Of a stretch of DNA of 64,000 nt, positions 1 through 8,519 are shown piece by piece (the first letter of the stretch is position 1; each line of letters opens with the position of its first letter). The notes under the pieces are model-generated. The model was not told where the DNA came from and ran no database searches. It was given only the letters and a program-made list of their open reading frames with translations. This stretch comes from an uncultured Gemmatimonadales bacterium (GTDB taxonomy: Bacteria; Gemmatimonadota; Gemmatimonadetes; Palauibacterales; Palauibacteraceae): assembly GCA_963783385.1 (NCBI GenBank), contig CAWANJ010000009.1, positions 768,001 to 832,000 on the forward strand, given 5' to 3'. The position numbers and the translations under genes were made by a program.

Positions 1-515
1 TGGTGCCCTCCGAAGGCGCCGGGGGCGAGGTCTACTACCGGAACGCGGGGCGACTGTCGCGCCGGGGCCTCGAGCTGCGGCTGGTCGCGCATCCGTTACC
101 GATCGCTCGGTTCGAGGCGGCCTATTCGCTCCAGGACCACCGCTACCTGGCGTTCGCCACACCCTCGGGCGACTTCGCCGGCGACCGCGAGCCCGGCGTT
201 CCGGGCCAGCGAGCCTACCTGTCCGCGAGCGCGGACCTTCCGGCCGGGGTCCGGCTGGAGGCGCGCGGCACCTGGGTGGACGCGTACTTCGTCGACGACG
301 CCAACGTCGCGCGCACGGACGCCTACCGGGTGGTGGAGCTCAGGGCCGAGGCGAACGAGATCCTAGGGAGATGGAGAGTCCACCCCTTCCTGGGAGTGGA
401 CAACCTTTTCGACGAGCGCTACGCCGGCTCGGTCGTGCCGAACGGCTTCGGCGGCCGGTACTACGAGCCCGCGCCGGGCCGCTCCGTCTATCTGGGACTC
501 GAGCTGGGGGGCTGA
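1..515 (+). CDS. TonB-dependent receptor, C-terminal part (5'-truncated by window edge)
   Basis: Beta-barrel C-terminus with GVDNLFDERY...PAPGRSVYLGL, typical of TBDRs. Confidence 0.85.
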   Translation, partial: VPSEGAGGEVYYRNAGRLSRRGLELRLVAHPLPIARFEAAYSLQDHRYLAFATPSGDFAGDREPGVPGQRAYLSASADLPAGVRLEARGTWVDAYFVDDANVARTDAYRVVELRAEANEILGRWRVHPFLGVDNLFDERYAGSVVPNGFGGRYYEPAPGRSVYLGLELGG

Positions 516-1186
516 TCGCCGCCCGGGGACTCCGCGGCGGCCGCGGGCCCCGAGGCCGCCGCCTCCGGCACGTCCACGCCCAGCCGGCGGAGGTCGCCCA
601 GCAGGTGCTCCTCGGTCTGGGGCCCCAGGTAGCGGCGGCGGATGACGCCGTCGGCGTCCACGAGCAGCGTGGTCGGAAAGCCCATGGTCTGGTAGTACCG
701 GACCGCGGTGCCCGTGTCGCCGAGCCAGATCGGATAGGTCATGCCGTGCGCCCGCGTCCAGGCTCGCACGCGCGCCGGCGTCCCCGAGTCAATGGCGAGC
801 CCGACCACCGTGGCGCCGTGCCCCTCGATTCGCCGCTGCAGCGCCTCCAGCCCCGGGATCTCCCGCCGGCAGGGCGGGCACCAGGTCCCCCAGAAGTTCA
901 GGACCACCACCCGGCCCCGGTAGTCGGCCAGGGACACCGTGTCCCCTCCCAGGGACCGGAAGGGCACGACCGGAGCGGGGATCTCCAGCCACGCGGACGA
1001 GGACGCCTCGCCGCGGCGGGCCGCGGGCGTGCGCGCCTCGGGCGGCAGCCCCGCCATGGCGCTGGTGTCGGCCGGCGCCGCGGACCCCGGGCCGTTGCGT
1101 GTCGTGAGCAGACCCCAGGCCACCGCCGCCCCGGCCAGCAGCACGACCGCCGTCCCGCCCAGCGCGGCGCGCGACGGGCGCCTCAC
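488..1186 (-). CDS. TlpA/ResA-like thiol-disulfide oxidoreductase (redoxin)
   Basis: N-terminal TM anchor, VVVLNFWGTWCPPCRREIP and FPTTLLVD; GTG start overlaps the upstream TGA (1183-1186). Confidence 0.9.
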   Translation of the reverse strand: MRRPSRAALGGTAVVLLAGAAVAWGLLTTRNGPGSAAPADTSAMAGLPPEARTPAARRGEASSSAWLEIPAPVVPFRSLGGDTVSLADYRGRVVVLNFWGTWCPPCRREIPGLEALQRRIEGHGATVVGLAIDSGTPARVRAWTRAHGMTYPIWLGDTGTAVRYYQTMGFPTTLLVDADGVIRRRYLGPQTEEHLLGDLRRLGVDVPEAAASGPAAAAESPGGDQPPSSSPR

Positions 1187-2756
1187 GTCTCCTCCTCCTC
1201 GCCCCAGCCTCCGCCCCCGGGCGTCTCGAGCCGCACGCGGTCTCCGGTTTGCACGTCCAGGGACACCTTGCCCGGGAGCTCTTCCTCGCGGCCGTCCCGG
1301 ACCAGGAGGTTGCGGCCCGCCGCGCCGGGGCCGCCCCCGGCCAGCCCGTAGGGCCGCAGCCGGCGGCGTTCTGTCAGCAGGGTCAGGCGGGCGGGCGCCC
1401 CGAGCTCGACCTCTCGCACCACCCCCTCACCGCCCGGCCAGCGGCCGCGACCGCCCGAGCCGCGCCGGACCTCGTAGCGCGTCACCCGGAACGGGTAGGC
1501 GTACTCCAGAGCTTCCACGGGCGTGTTCAGCGTATTCGTCATGTGCGTGTGCAGCGCGCTCGCTCCCGGGACGGACGCTCCCGCTCCCGCCCCGCCGGCC
1601 ACCGTCTCGTAGTAGGTAAACGGGAGGCCCGTCGCGGGGTCCCGGCCGCCCAGCACCAGGTTGTTCATGGTGCCCTGGCTGGCCGCCGGGATCCGGTCCG
1701 GGCACGCCCCTGCCAGTGCGCCCAGCAGCACGTCCACGATGCGCTGGGAGGTCTCGACGTTGCCCCCCGCCACCGGCGCCGGACGGCGCGCGTCCACCAG
1801 GGAGCCAGGCCGGGTGACGAGCTCGATCGGGGCCAGGCAGCCGCTGTTCGACGGCAGGTCGAGCCCGACCAGCGAACGGAACACGTAGTAGACGGCCGAG
1901 AGCGTGATGGCGCGCACCGCGTTGATGCCCGCCTCGCGCTGGTCGTCGGTGCCGGTGAAGTCCACCCGCACGGCGTCCCCCCGACCGTGATGGCCACCTC
2001 GATCCCCGCCGCGCCGCCGCCCCGTCCATCGTCCTCCATCTCATCCCGGAAGCGATAGATCCCGTCGGGAATCGAGGAGAGCAGCCGGCGGGTGGTACGC
2101 TCGGCGTAGGCGAGGAGCGCCTCCATGGCCTCGCCCACCGCGTCCGCCCCGTAGCGGTCGGCCAGGCCTCCCAGACGGTCGGCGCCGCGCTGCACGGCCG
2201 CCAGCTGCGCGTCCAGGTCCCCGGCGCGCTCCTCGGGCGTGCGCACGTTGGCCAGGATCAGGTCCCGGATCCCGGACAGGATCTTTCCGCCCGCCACCAG
2301 CCGGATCGGCGGGATCACGAGACCCTCCTGGTAGAGCTCCGTGGCCAGCGGCATCGAGCCCGGCGTCATCCCCCCCACGTCTGCGTGGTGCGCTCGGGCC
2401 GCGACGAAGCCGATCCGGGCTCCGCCGGGTCCGGTGAACACGGGGGCGACCAGGGTGATGTCCGGCAGGTGCGTGCCGCCCCGGAACGGGTCGTTGAGGA
2501 TGGCCACGTCCCCCGGTCCCAGCTCCAGCTCCTCGAGGCACGCCCGCACCGACAGGGGCATGGAGCCCAGGTGGACAGGGATGTGCTCCGCCTGAGCCAC
2601 CATGTCTCCCGCAGCACTGAAGATCGCGCAGGAGAAATCCTTGCGCTCCTTGATGTTGGGAGAGTACGACGAGCGCCTGAGCACGCCGCCCATCTCCTCC
2701 GCCACCGAGGCGAACAGGTGCTTGAAGATCTCGAGACGGACCGGGTCCACGCTCAC
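1183..2756 (-). CDS. Hydantoinase B/5-oxoprolinase subunit, split by a 1-nt frameshift at the C6 run 1977-1982
   Basis: DPVRLEIFKHLF..EEMG..RSSYSPNIKERKDFSCA, HIPVHLGSM and NDPFRGGTHLPD in one frame; VDFTGTD..ETSQRIVD..HTHMTNTLNTPVEALE..ETPGGGGWG in the next. Confidence 0.88.
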
Positions 2757-4849
2757 CTCTCGCCCTCCGTGCCAGTCACCTCCAAGACGATGTCCAGCCG
2801 AGCCGTCACCCTCGCCCCGTCTCCCCGGGCGAGGAACAGGGTGGTGTCGTCGCGGACGATCACGGCGGGACCCGTCAGCCAATGCCCGGGCCGGAGCGCC
2901 GACGCCCGGTAGAAGGGCACGGGCTCGACCCGGGCGCCGGCGGCGGCGACCAGGACGACCGGCCGCTCCCCGTCCAGCGCCGCGCCCGGATCGGGACCCG
3001 CCTGCTCCGCTTCCGGGAGCTCCGGCGGGCGCACCGGGAGGACGGCCCGCAGCCTGAGACCCACGATCTCGGTGGCCGCGCCGGCGTCCGCGTGCCCGTA
3101 CGCGTCGCGGTGCGCGGCGTGGAACGCGCCGGGAGGATCGTCGTCCAGCGGCACGTCGAGCTCCCAGGACTGGCCCCGATACCGCATCGCCAGGCTTGGC
3201 TCCAGACGCAGCCCGGAGGCGGGGCCCTCGCCCTCCATCTCCTCGCGCGCCCGGCGCTCGAGGGGAGCGAAGCCTTCCCGGAGTCGGTCGGCGCCCGTCG
3301 TGCCCGGGAGCATGACCGTGAGGCCGTAGTCCCGGGTGACGTCGGCGGCGAGCATGCCGTGCGCGGACAGCACGGAGGCCGTCCGGGGCACCAGGACGCG
3401 GCCGATCCCCAGCGCCCGGGCGAGAGCCGACGCGTGCAGCCCCCCCGCACCGCCGAAGGCGACGAGCGTGAAGTCGGCGGGATCGTGGCCGCGCTGCACC
3501 GAGATGACGCGGAGCGCCCGCTCCATGTGCGCGTTCGCCACGCGGACCACGCCCAGTGCCGCGGCCTGCTCGGGCGACAGGCCCGGGGGTGGCTCGAGGC
3601 CCGCCTGCTCCGCCAGCTCGCGGAGCGCGGCGCGGGCCGCCTCCTCGTCCAGCCGCATGGTCCCCCCCAGGAAGCCTTCCGGATCCATGCGCCCCAGGAC
3701 CAGGTTGGCGTCGGTGACCGTGGGCCGGTCGCCGCCCCGACCGTAGCACGCCGGTCCCGGGTCGGCCCCCGCGCTCTCGGGTCCCACGCGCAGCGCGCCC
3801 CCCACGTCCACGCGCGCGACCGACCCACCGCCCGAGCCGACCGAGTGGAGGTCCACCACCGCGACCCCGATCGGGAGACCGTCGATCGTCCCCTCCCGGG
3901 TCACGCGTGGACGTCCCTCGGCCAGGCAGACGTCGGTCGACGTCCCGCCCATGTCGAACCCAATGATCCGGTCCCAGCCGCAGGCCCCGGCGGCGTGCAG
4001 GGCGCCGACCACGCCGCCGGCGGGCCCCGAGAGCACGGCCCGCACGCCCTCGCGCCCGGCCGCTTCCAGCCCCACGCTCCCGCCGTTCGACTGCATCACC
4101 CGCCAGGCCGCTCGCGGCCCTTCCCGGGCCAGGCGTCCCAGGTAGCGGCCCAGCACCGGGGAGACGTAGGCGTTGATCGCGGTGGCGCTGGCGCGCTCGT
4201 ATTCCCGGAACTCCGGCAGCACATCGCACGACAGCGACACGGCGAGGCCCTCCTGCCGCAGCCGCTCGCCCAGGCGGCGCTCGTGCTCGGGGCGCAGGAA
4301 GGAGAACAGCAGGCACACCGCCACCGACTCGGCGCCCAATGCGTGGACCTCGGCCACCACCCGGTCGACCTCCGCATCCTCCAGCGGCCGGAGCACGCGC
4401 CCCCGGTGATCGACCCGCTCCTCCACCTCGAACGCCAGATCGGCCGGAACCAGAGGCCGCGGCTTGCGGGGCGTGAGATCGTAGAGCTCCGGGCGGGCCT
4501 GCCGCCCGATGGCCAGGAGGTCCCGGAAGCCGGCGGTGGCCACGAGCGCCGTCCGGGCCCCCTTGCGCTCGAGCACGGCGTTGGTGGCCACCGTGGACCC
4601 GTGCACGATCGACGGAAAGGGTCTGGCCTCGCTCGCCCCGGCCAGCACACGCCCCAGGCCCGCGAGCACCGCCCTGGCCGGGTCGTCCGGCGTGGACAGC
4701 ACCTTGAAGGTACGGAGGCCCGCGGCGCCGGGGACCGAGACCACGAAGTCCGTGAAAGTGCCGCCAATGTCGACGGCGACCCGCGTCGCGGGCGCCTCGG
4801 GGCGTCCTGCCTCCCGCGGCGCCGCCCCCTCCCCCGGCCGTCGCTTCAC
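2753..4849 (-). CDS. Hydantoinase A/5-oxoprolinase subunit (ATP-dependent)
   Basis: VDIGGTFTD, HGSTVATNAVLERKG, EYERASAT, SGPAGG, DMGGTSTD, GPESAGADPGPACYG, FGGAGGLHA; start GTG 4849 inferred. Confidence 0.92.
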   Translation of the reverse strand: MKRRPGEGAAPREAGRPEAPATRVAVDIGGTFTDFVVSVPGAAGLRTFKVLSTPDDPARAVLAGLGRVLAGASEARPFPSIVHGSTVATNAVLERKGARTALVATAGFRDLLAIGRQARPELYDLTPRKPRPLVPADLAFEVEERVDHRGRVLRPLEDAEVDRVVAEVHALGAESVAVCLLFSFLRPEHERRLGERLRQEGLAVSLSCDVLPEFREYERASATAINAYVSPVLGRYLGRLAREGPRAAWRVMQSNGGSVGLEAAGREGVRAVLSGPAGGVVGALHAAGACGWDRIIGFDMGGTSTDVCLAEGRPRVTREGTIDGLPIGVAVVDLHSVGSGGGSVARVDVGGALRVGPESAGADPGPACYGRGGDRPTVTDANLVLGRMDPEGFLGGTMRLDEEAARAALRELAEQAGLEPPPGLSPEQAAALGVVRVANAHMERALRVISVQRGHDPADFTLVAFGGAGGLHASALARALGIGRVLVPRTASVLSAHGMLAADVTRDYGLTVMLPGTTGADRLREGFAPLERRAREEMEGEGPASGLRLEPSLAMRYRGQSWELDVPLDDDPPGAFHAAHRDAYGHADAGAATEIVGLRLRAVLPVRPPELPEAEQAGPDPGAALDGERPVVLVAAAGARVEPVPFYRASALRPGHWLTGPAVIVRDDTTLFLARGDGARVTARLDIVLEVTGTEGER

Positions 4850-4862
4850 GCTCCCGCTCCCC

Positions 4863-6104
4863 CTACAACGCCGACAGGAGGGCGCGCAGTCCCAGGAGCG
4901 CCGCCACGCCGACCACGAGCCCGCCCGCCAGGTTGAGCCACGGTCCGTTTCGCCACCGTCCCATGCGCTTCCCGTCGTTGACGACGAGCAGGAGGAAGAG
5001 GGCCACCCCGGGCAGCAGGATCCCGTTGGCCACCTGCGCAAACAGGATGGCGGGAACCGGACGCACTCCGACTGCGGTGCACAGGGCGCCGGCCAGCAGC
5101 ACCGCCCCCCACACCATGCGGAAGCGGGGCGAGCGCAGGTCGGCCTTCCAGCCCAGGACGCCGCAGGCGGCCCACGCCGCCGCGAGGGGCGCCGTGATGG
5201 CCGAGGTGAGGCCGGCCGCCAGCAGCCCCGCGCCGAAGAAGGCTCGCGCCCACCCGCCCAGCAGCGGCTGGAGCTGGCGCGCCATGTCGGCGGCGTTCCG
5301 CACCTCGCCTCCCCCGGCCCCGGCCGCGGTGACTACGACGGCCATGCTCACCAGCCCCCCGAGGATGATCGCCACGGCCGAGTCGCGCCGGGCGGCCGGG
5401 AGGTCGGCCGCGCCGGACCAGCGCTGGCGCACCGCCGAGGCGTGCAGGAAGAGGTTGTAGGGGACGACCGTGGTGCCCACGAGCCCCACGGCCAGGAGCA
5501 GCGAGGCATTCGGCAGCGAGGGGACCACGAGCCCGCGCAGCAGCTCGGGAAGCGCGGGGAGGAACAGCGCCGCGGTGGCGAAGAACACCAGCCCCATGAC
5601 CGCCACCAGCACCGTGAGCCAGCGCTCCATGGCCCGGTAGCGCCCGGCCCACAGCAGAGCGCCGGCCGCGGCGGCGAGCCCCAGGCCCCAGGCACGCGCC
5701 GAGCCGCCGCCGAGCGCCTGCGCGCCCAGTGCGCCTCCCAGGAGGTTGCCCGTCTCGTAGGCGGCGTTGCCGATCACGATGGCCGAGAGGACGAGGCCGG
5801 CCGCCAGAACTCGCCCCGCGCCCGCGGCGAAGCGGGCGCGGACGGCCTCACCGAGTCCCTGCCCGGTGACGAGGCCCAGACGGGCCGCCATCTCCTGAAG
5901 GGCCAGCGTGGCCAGCACGGAGAACCCGAGCGCCCACAGGAGGCTCACCCCGGTACGCACCCCGGCGAGCGTGGCCGTGGTGACCGTGCCCGGCCCCAGG
6001 AAGGCGGCGGCGACCATGGCGCCCGGACCGCCACGCGAGCGGCGGCCGGAGGCGCGCCCGTCGCGCTCCGGTCCGGTAGGGCCTGCGATCGCCTCTCCCG
6101 GCAT
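4863..6104 (-). CDS. NRAMP-family (YcsG-like) transporter
   Basis: GPGAMVAAAFLGPGTVTT, LQEMAARLG, GNAAYETGN, GTTVVPYNLFLH; multiple TM helices; alternative start 6017. Confidence 0.85.
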   Translation of the reverse strand: MPGEAIAGPTGPERDGRASGRRSRGGPGAMVAAAFLGPGTVTTATLAGVRTGVSLLWALGFSVLATLALQEMAARLGLVTGQGLGEAVRARFAAGAGRVLAAGLVLSAIVIGNAAYETGNLLGGALGAQALGGGSARAWGLGLAAAAGALLWAGRYRAMERWLTVLVAVMGLVFFATAALFLPALPELLRGLVVPSLPNASLLLAVGLVGTTVVPYNLFLHASAVRQRWSGAADLPAARRDSAVAIILGGLVSMAVVVTAAGAGGGEVRNAADMARQLQPLLGGWARAFFGAGLLAAGLTSAITAPLAAAWAACGVLGWKADLRSPRFRMVWGAVLLAGALCTAVGVRPVPAILFAQVANGILLPGVALFLLLVVNDGKRMGRWRNGPWLNLAGGLVVGVAALLGLRALLSAL

Positions 6105-6339
6105 GCCGACCCCTCTCTCCGGCGGACCGACGACTTCCCTCCCCGGCCCCGCGCCCGCGCCGCCGGAAGCGGGCCGGGGTGGGCTTCACGACCCCGAAGA
6201 TGCCCGCGTCGCGAGGGATCCGCCACCGGCGGATCCCGGGCTCCCGCCCGGGACGGGGACCCGGCCGCCGCCGGGTCTTCGTGCATCGGCGGCTTGCCCC
6301 GGCCCGGGCTCCACCGTATCTCTCGTGCCGAAGACAGGC

Positions 6340-6511
6340 GGATGGAGTCTACCGGAAGCCGGTGTGAATCCGGCACGGCCCCGCCACTGTGAGAGGCCCG
6401 ACGCTCCCCCCGGGGGACGCGGAACGGCGCGCTCGACGAGCCACTGGGAGCTTCGAGAGGCTACCGGGAAGGCGAGCGCGACCGCCTCGAGTCAGGAGAC
6501 CGACTCCATCC
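6340..6511 (+). ncRNA. Cobalamin (B12) riboswitch aptamer
   Basis: GGAAGCCGGTGTGAATCCGGCACGGCCCCGCCACTGTGA, GCCACTGGG..CGGGAAGGC and B12-box AGTCAGGAGACC; closing helix GGATGGAGTC (6340-6349)/GACTCCATCC (6502-6511); lies upstream of btuCDB. Confidence 0.92.
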
Positions 6512-6563
6512 GTGCCCGAGGACTGCCCTTCGCGGGAAGGGTCGGGCGTGGCGCGTCGCGCTG

Positions 6564-6605
6564 CACCTCCCCCTCCCCGCCGGGCGCGACGCCTCCGTGG
6601 GGAGG
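6564..6605 (+). promoter_or_regulatory. Riboswitch expression platform: anti-SD CCTCCCC able to pair with SD GGGGAGG
   Basis: CCTCCCC at 6566-6572 and 6572-6578 is complementary to GGGGAGG at 6599-6605. Confidence 0.6.
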
Positions 6606-6612
6606 ACCTCCG

Positions 6613-7671
6613 ATTCGAGACACGACGTCAGCACGGCCGCGGCGCGAGGACACCCCACGGGGCGTCGCCGCGGGTCTCCGTCTCCTGGCCCTGTTCCTGG
6701 CGCTCCTGGCGTGCGTGGCCCTGGCCACGGCGATCGGAGCGGCCCCGCTCTCCCCGGATCGCGTGCTGGCCGCGCTGACCGGGGGCGGCGACGCCACGAC
6801 CCGCGGGATCGTGCTCGACCTCCGACTGCCGCGGGCCATCCAGGCCAGCCTCGTCGGGGGCGGCCTGGCCGTGGCCGGCGCCTCGTTCCAGGCCCTGCTG
6901 CGGAACCCGCTCGCCGAGCCCTACGTCCTCGGCGTGTCGGGGGGAGCCGCTCTCGGGGCCGTGGCCGCCCTCTCCCTGGGCTTCGCCGCCGCCGGCCCGT
7001 GGTCCCTGCCCCTGGCGGCGTTCGCGGGTGCCCTGCTCGCCGTCGGGGTCGTGCTCGTGGTGGCGGCGCGCACGAGACCCGCCCTGGACACGCGTGTGCT
7101 CCTCCTGGCCGGCGTGGTGGCCGGCGCCTTCTTCAACGCGCTCATCATGCTGTTCCTGAGCCTGGGCCGAACCGAGACCTTCCGCTCGGCGATCTTCTGG
7201 ATGATGGGGAGCCTGTCCGGGGCCGGCTGGGCCGACACCGGCCTGCTGGCGCTGTACGTGCTACCCGCCTGCGCCCTGCTGATGGCGCTGGCCCGCCCCC
7301 TCAACCTGCTGGCCGTGGGCGAGGAGACCGCCCTCTACCTGGGCACGCGGGTCGAGTGGACCAAGCGCGCCGTGTACCTGTCGACCTCCCTCCTGGTGGC
7401 GGCCACCGTCGCGGTCGCCGGTGCCATCGGATTCGTGGGGCTGATCGTACCCCACGCCATCCGTCTGGCCTGGGGGAGCGACCACCGCTTCGTGCTGCCG
7501 GCCTCGCTCCTGGCCGGAGGCGCGTTCCTGGTGCTCGCCGACGCGGCGGCTCGCACCGCGCTCGCCCCCAACGAGCTCCCGGTCGGCGTGGTCACGGCCA
7601 TCGTCGGAGTCCCGCTGTTCGTGGTCCTGCTGGTGCGCGACTCCGGCGGCGGCTCGGAGCGGATCGAGTGA
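6613..7671 (+). CDS. btuC: BtuC/FecCD-family ABC permease (cobalamin uptake); start codon uncertain (ATT 6613 proposed)
   Basis: LRLPRAI, FQALLRNPLAEPYVLGVSGGA, IGFVGLIVPH, ELPVGVVTA; downstream of B12 riboswitch. Confidence 0.88.
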   Translation: MRDTTSARPRREDTPRGVAAGLRLLALFLALLACVALATAIGAAPLSPDRVLAALTGGGDATTRGIVLDLRLPRAIQASLVGGGLAVAGASFQALLRNPLAEPYVLGVSGGAALGAVAALSLGFAAAGPWSLPLAAFAGALLAVGVVLVVAARTRPALDTRVLLLAGVVAGAFFNALIMLFLSLGRTETFRSAIFWMMGSLSGAGWADTGLLALYVLPACALLMALARPLNLLAVGEETALYLGTRVEWTKRAVYLSTSLLVAATVAVAGAIGFVGLIVPHAIRLAWGSDHRFVLPASLLAGGAFLVLADAAARTALAPNELPVGVVTAIVGVPLFVVLLVRDSGGGSERIE

Positions 7672-8519
7672 GCGGGGACGCGGTGTTCGAGGTGGAGGGC
7701 CTCGGCTTCCGCTACGGCGGCGCGAGACGCGAGGCCGTCTCGGGAGTCGGCTTCCGGGTGCATCCGGGCGAGCTGTTCGGGATCCTGGGGCCCAACGGGT
7801 CCGGCAAGTCGACCCTCCTCCGCCTGCTTCTCGGGATCCTGCCTTCCCGCTCGGGCGCCGTCCGGGTCCTCGGTCGGCCGCTGGCCTCGTGGAGCCGGCG
7901 GGAGCTGGCTCGCCGCGTGGGCGTCGTGCCCCAGCACGAGGAGGTGGCCTTCCCGCTCAGCGTGCGGGAGTTGGTCGCCATGGGGCGCTACCCCCATCTG
8001 GGTCCGTGGCGGTCCGAGACCTCCGAAGACAGGGAAGCGATCCGCCGCGCGCTGGGGCGCTGCGACCTGGAGGATGTCGCGGGGCGCCCCCTCTCCACCC
8101 TGTCGGGAGGGGAGCTCCAGCTGGCCCGGCTGGCCCGGGCCCTGGCCCAGGTGCCCGAGCTCCTGGTGCTCGACGAGCCCACCGCTTCGCTGGACCTCCG
8201 CCACGGGATGGAGATCTTCGGTCTGCTGCGCGATCTGGCGGGGCCGGACGGCACCACCGTGGTGCTCGTCACCCACGACCTCAACGCCGCGTCGCGCTTT
8301 GCCGACCGGCTGCTCCTGCTGGAGCGCGGCCGGCCGGCCGCCTGTGGGACGCCGCGTGAGGTGCTGGTCCGGGAGACGGTGGAGCGGGTGTACGGCTGGC
8401 CCGTCCGGGTGACACGGCACCCGGGACCCGGTCCGGACGAGGGCGCTCCCCAGGTCGTCCCTTTGGCTCCAGCCGCCGTGCACGCGGCCCACCCCTCACC
8501 TCGAGGCAGGCACGCATGA
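7668..8519 (+). CDS. btuD: ABC transporter ATP-binding protein (BtuD/FepC-like)
   Basis: GPNGSGKST, LSGGE, LVLDEPTASLD, VTHDLN; GTGA overlap with the permease stop. Confidence 0.9.
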   Translation: MSGDAVFEVEGLGFRYGGARREAVSGVGFRVHPGELFGILGPNGSGKSTLLRLLLGILPSRSGAVRVLGRPLASWSRRELARRVGVVPQHEEVAFPLSVRELVAMGRYPHLGPWRSETSEDREAIRRALGRCDLEDVAGRPLSTLSGGELQLARLARALAQVPELLVLDEPTASLDLRHGMEIFGLLRDLAGPDGTTVVLVTHDLNAASRFADRLLLLERGRPAACGTPREVLVRETVERVYGWPVRVTRHPGPGPDEGAPQVVPLAPAAVHAAHPSPRGRHA

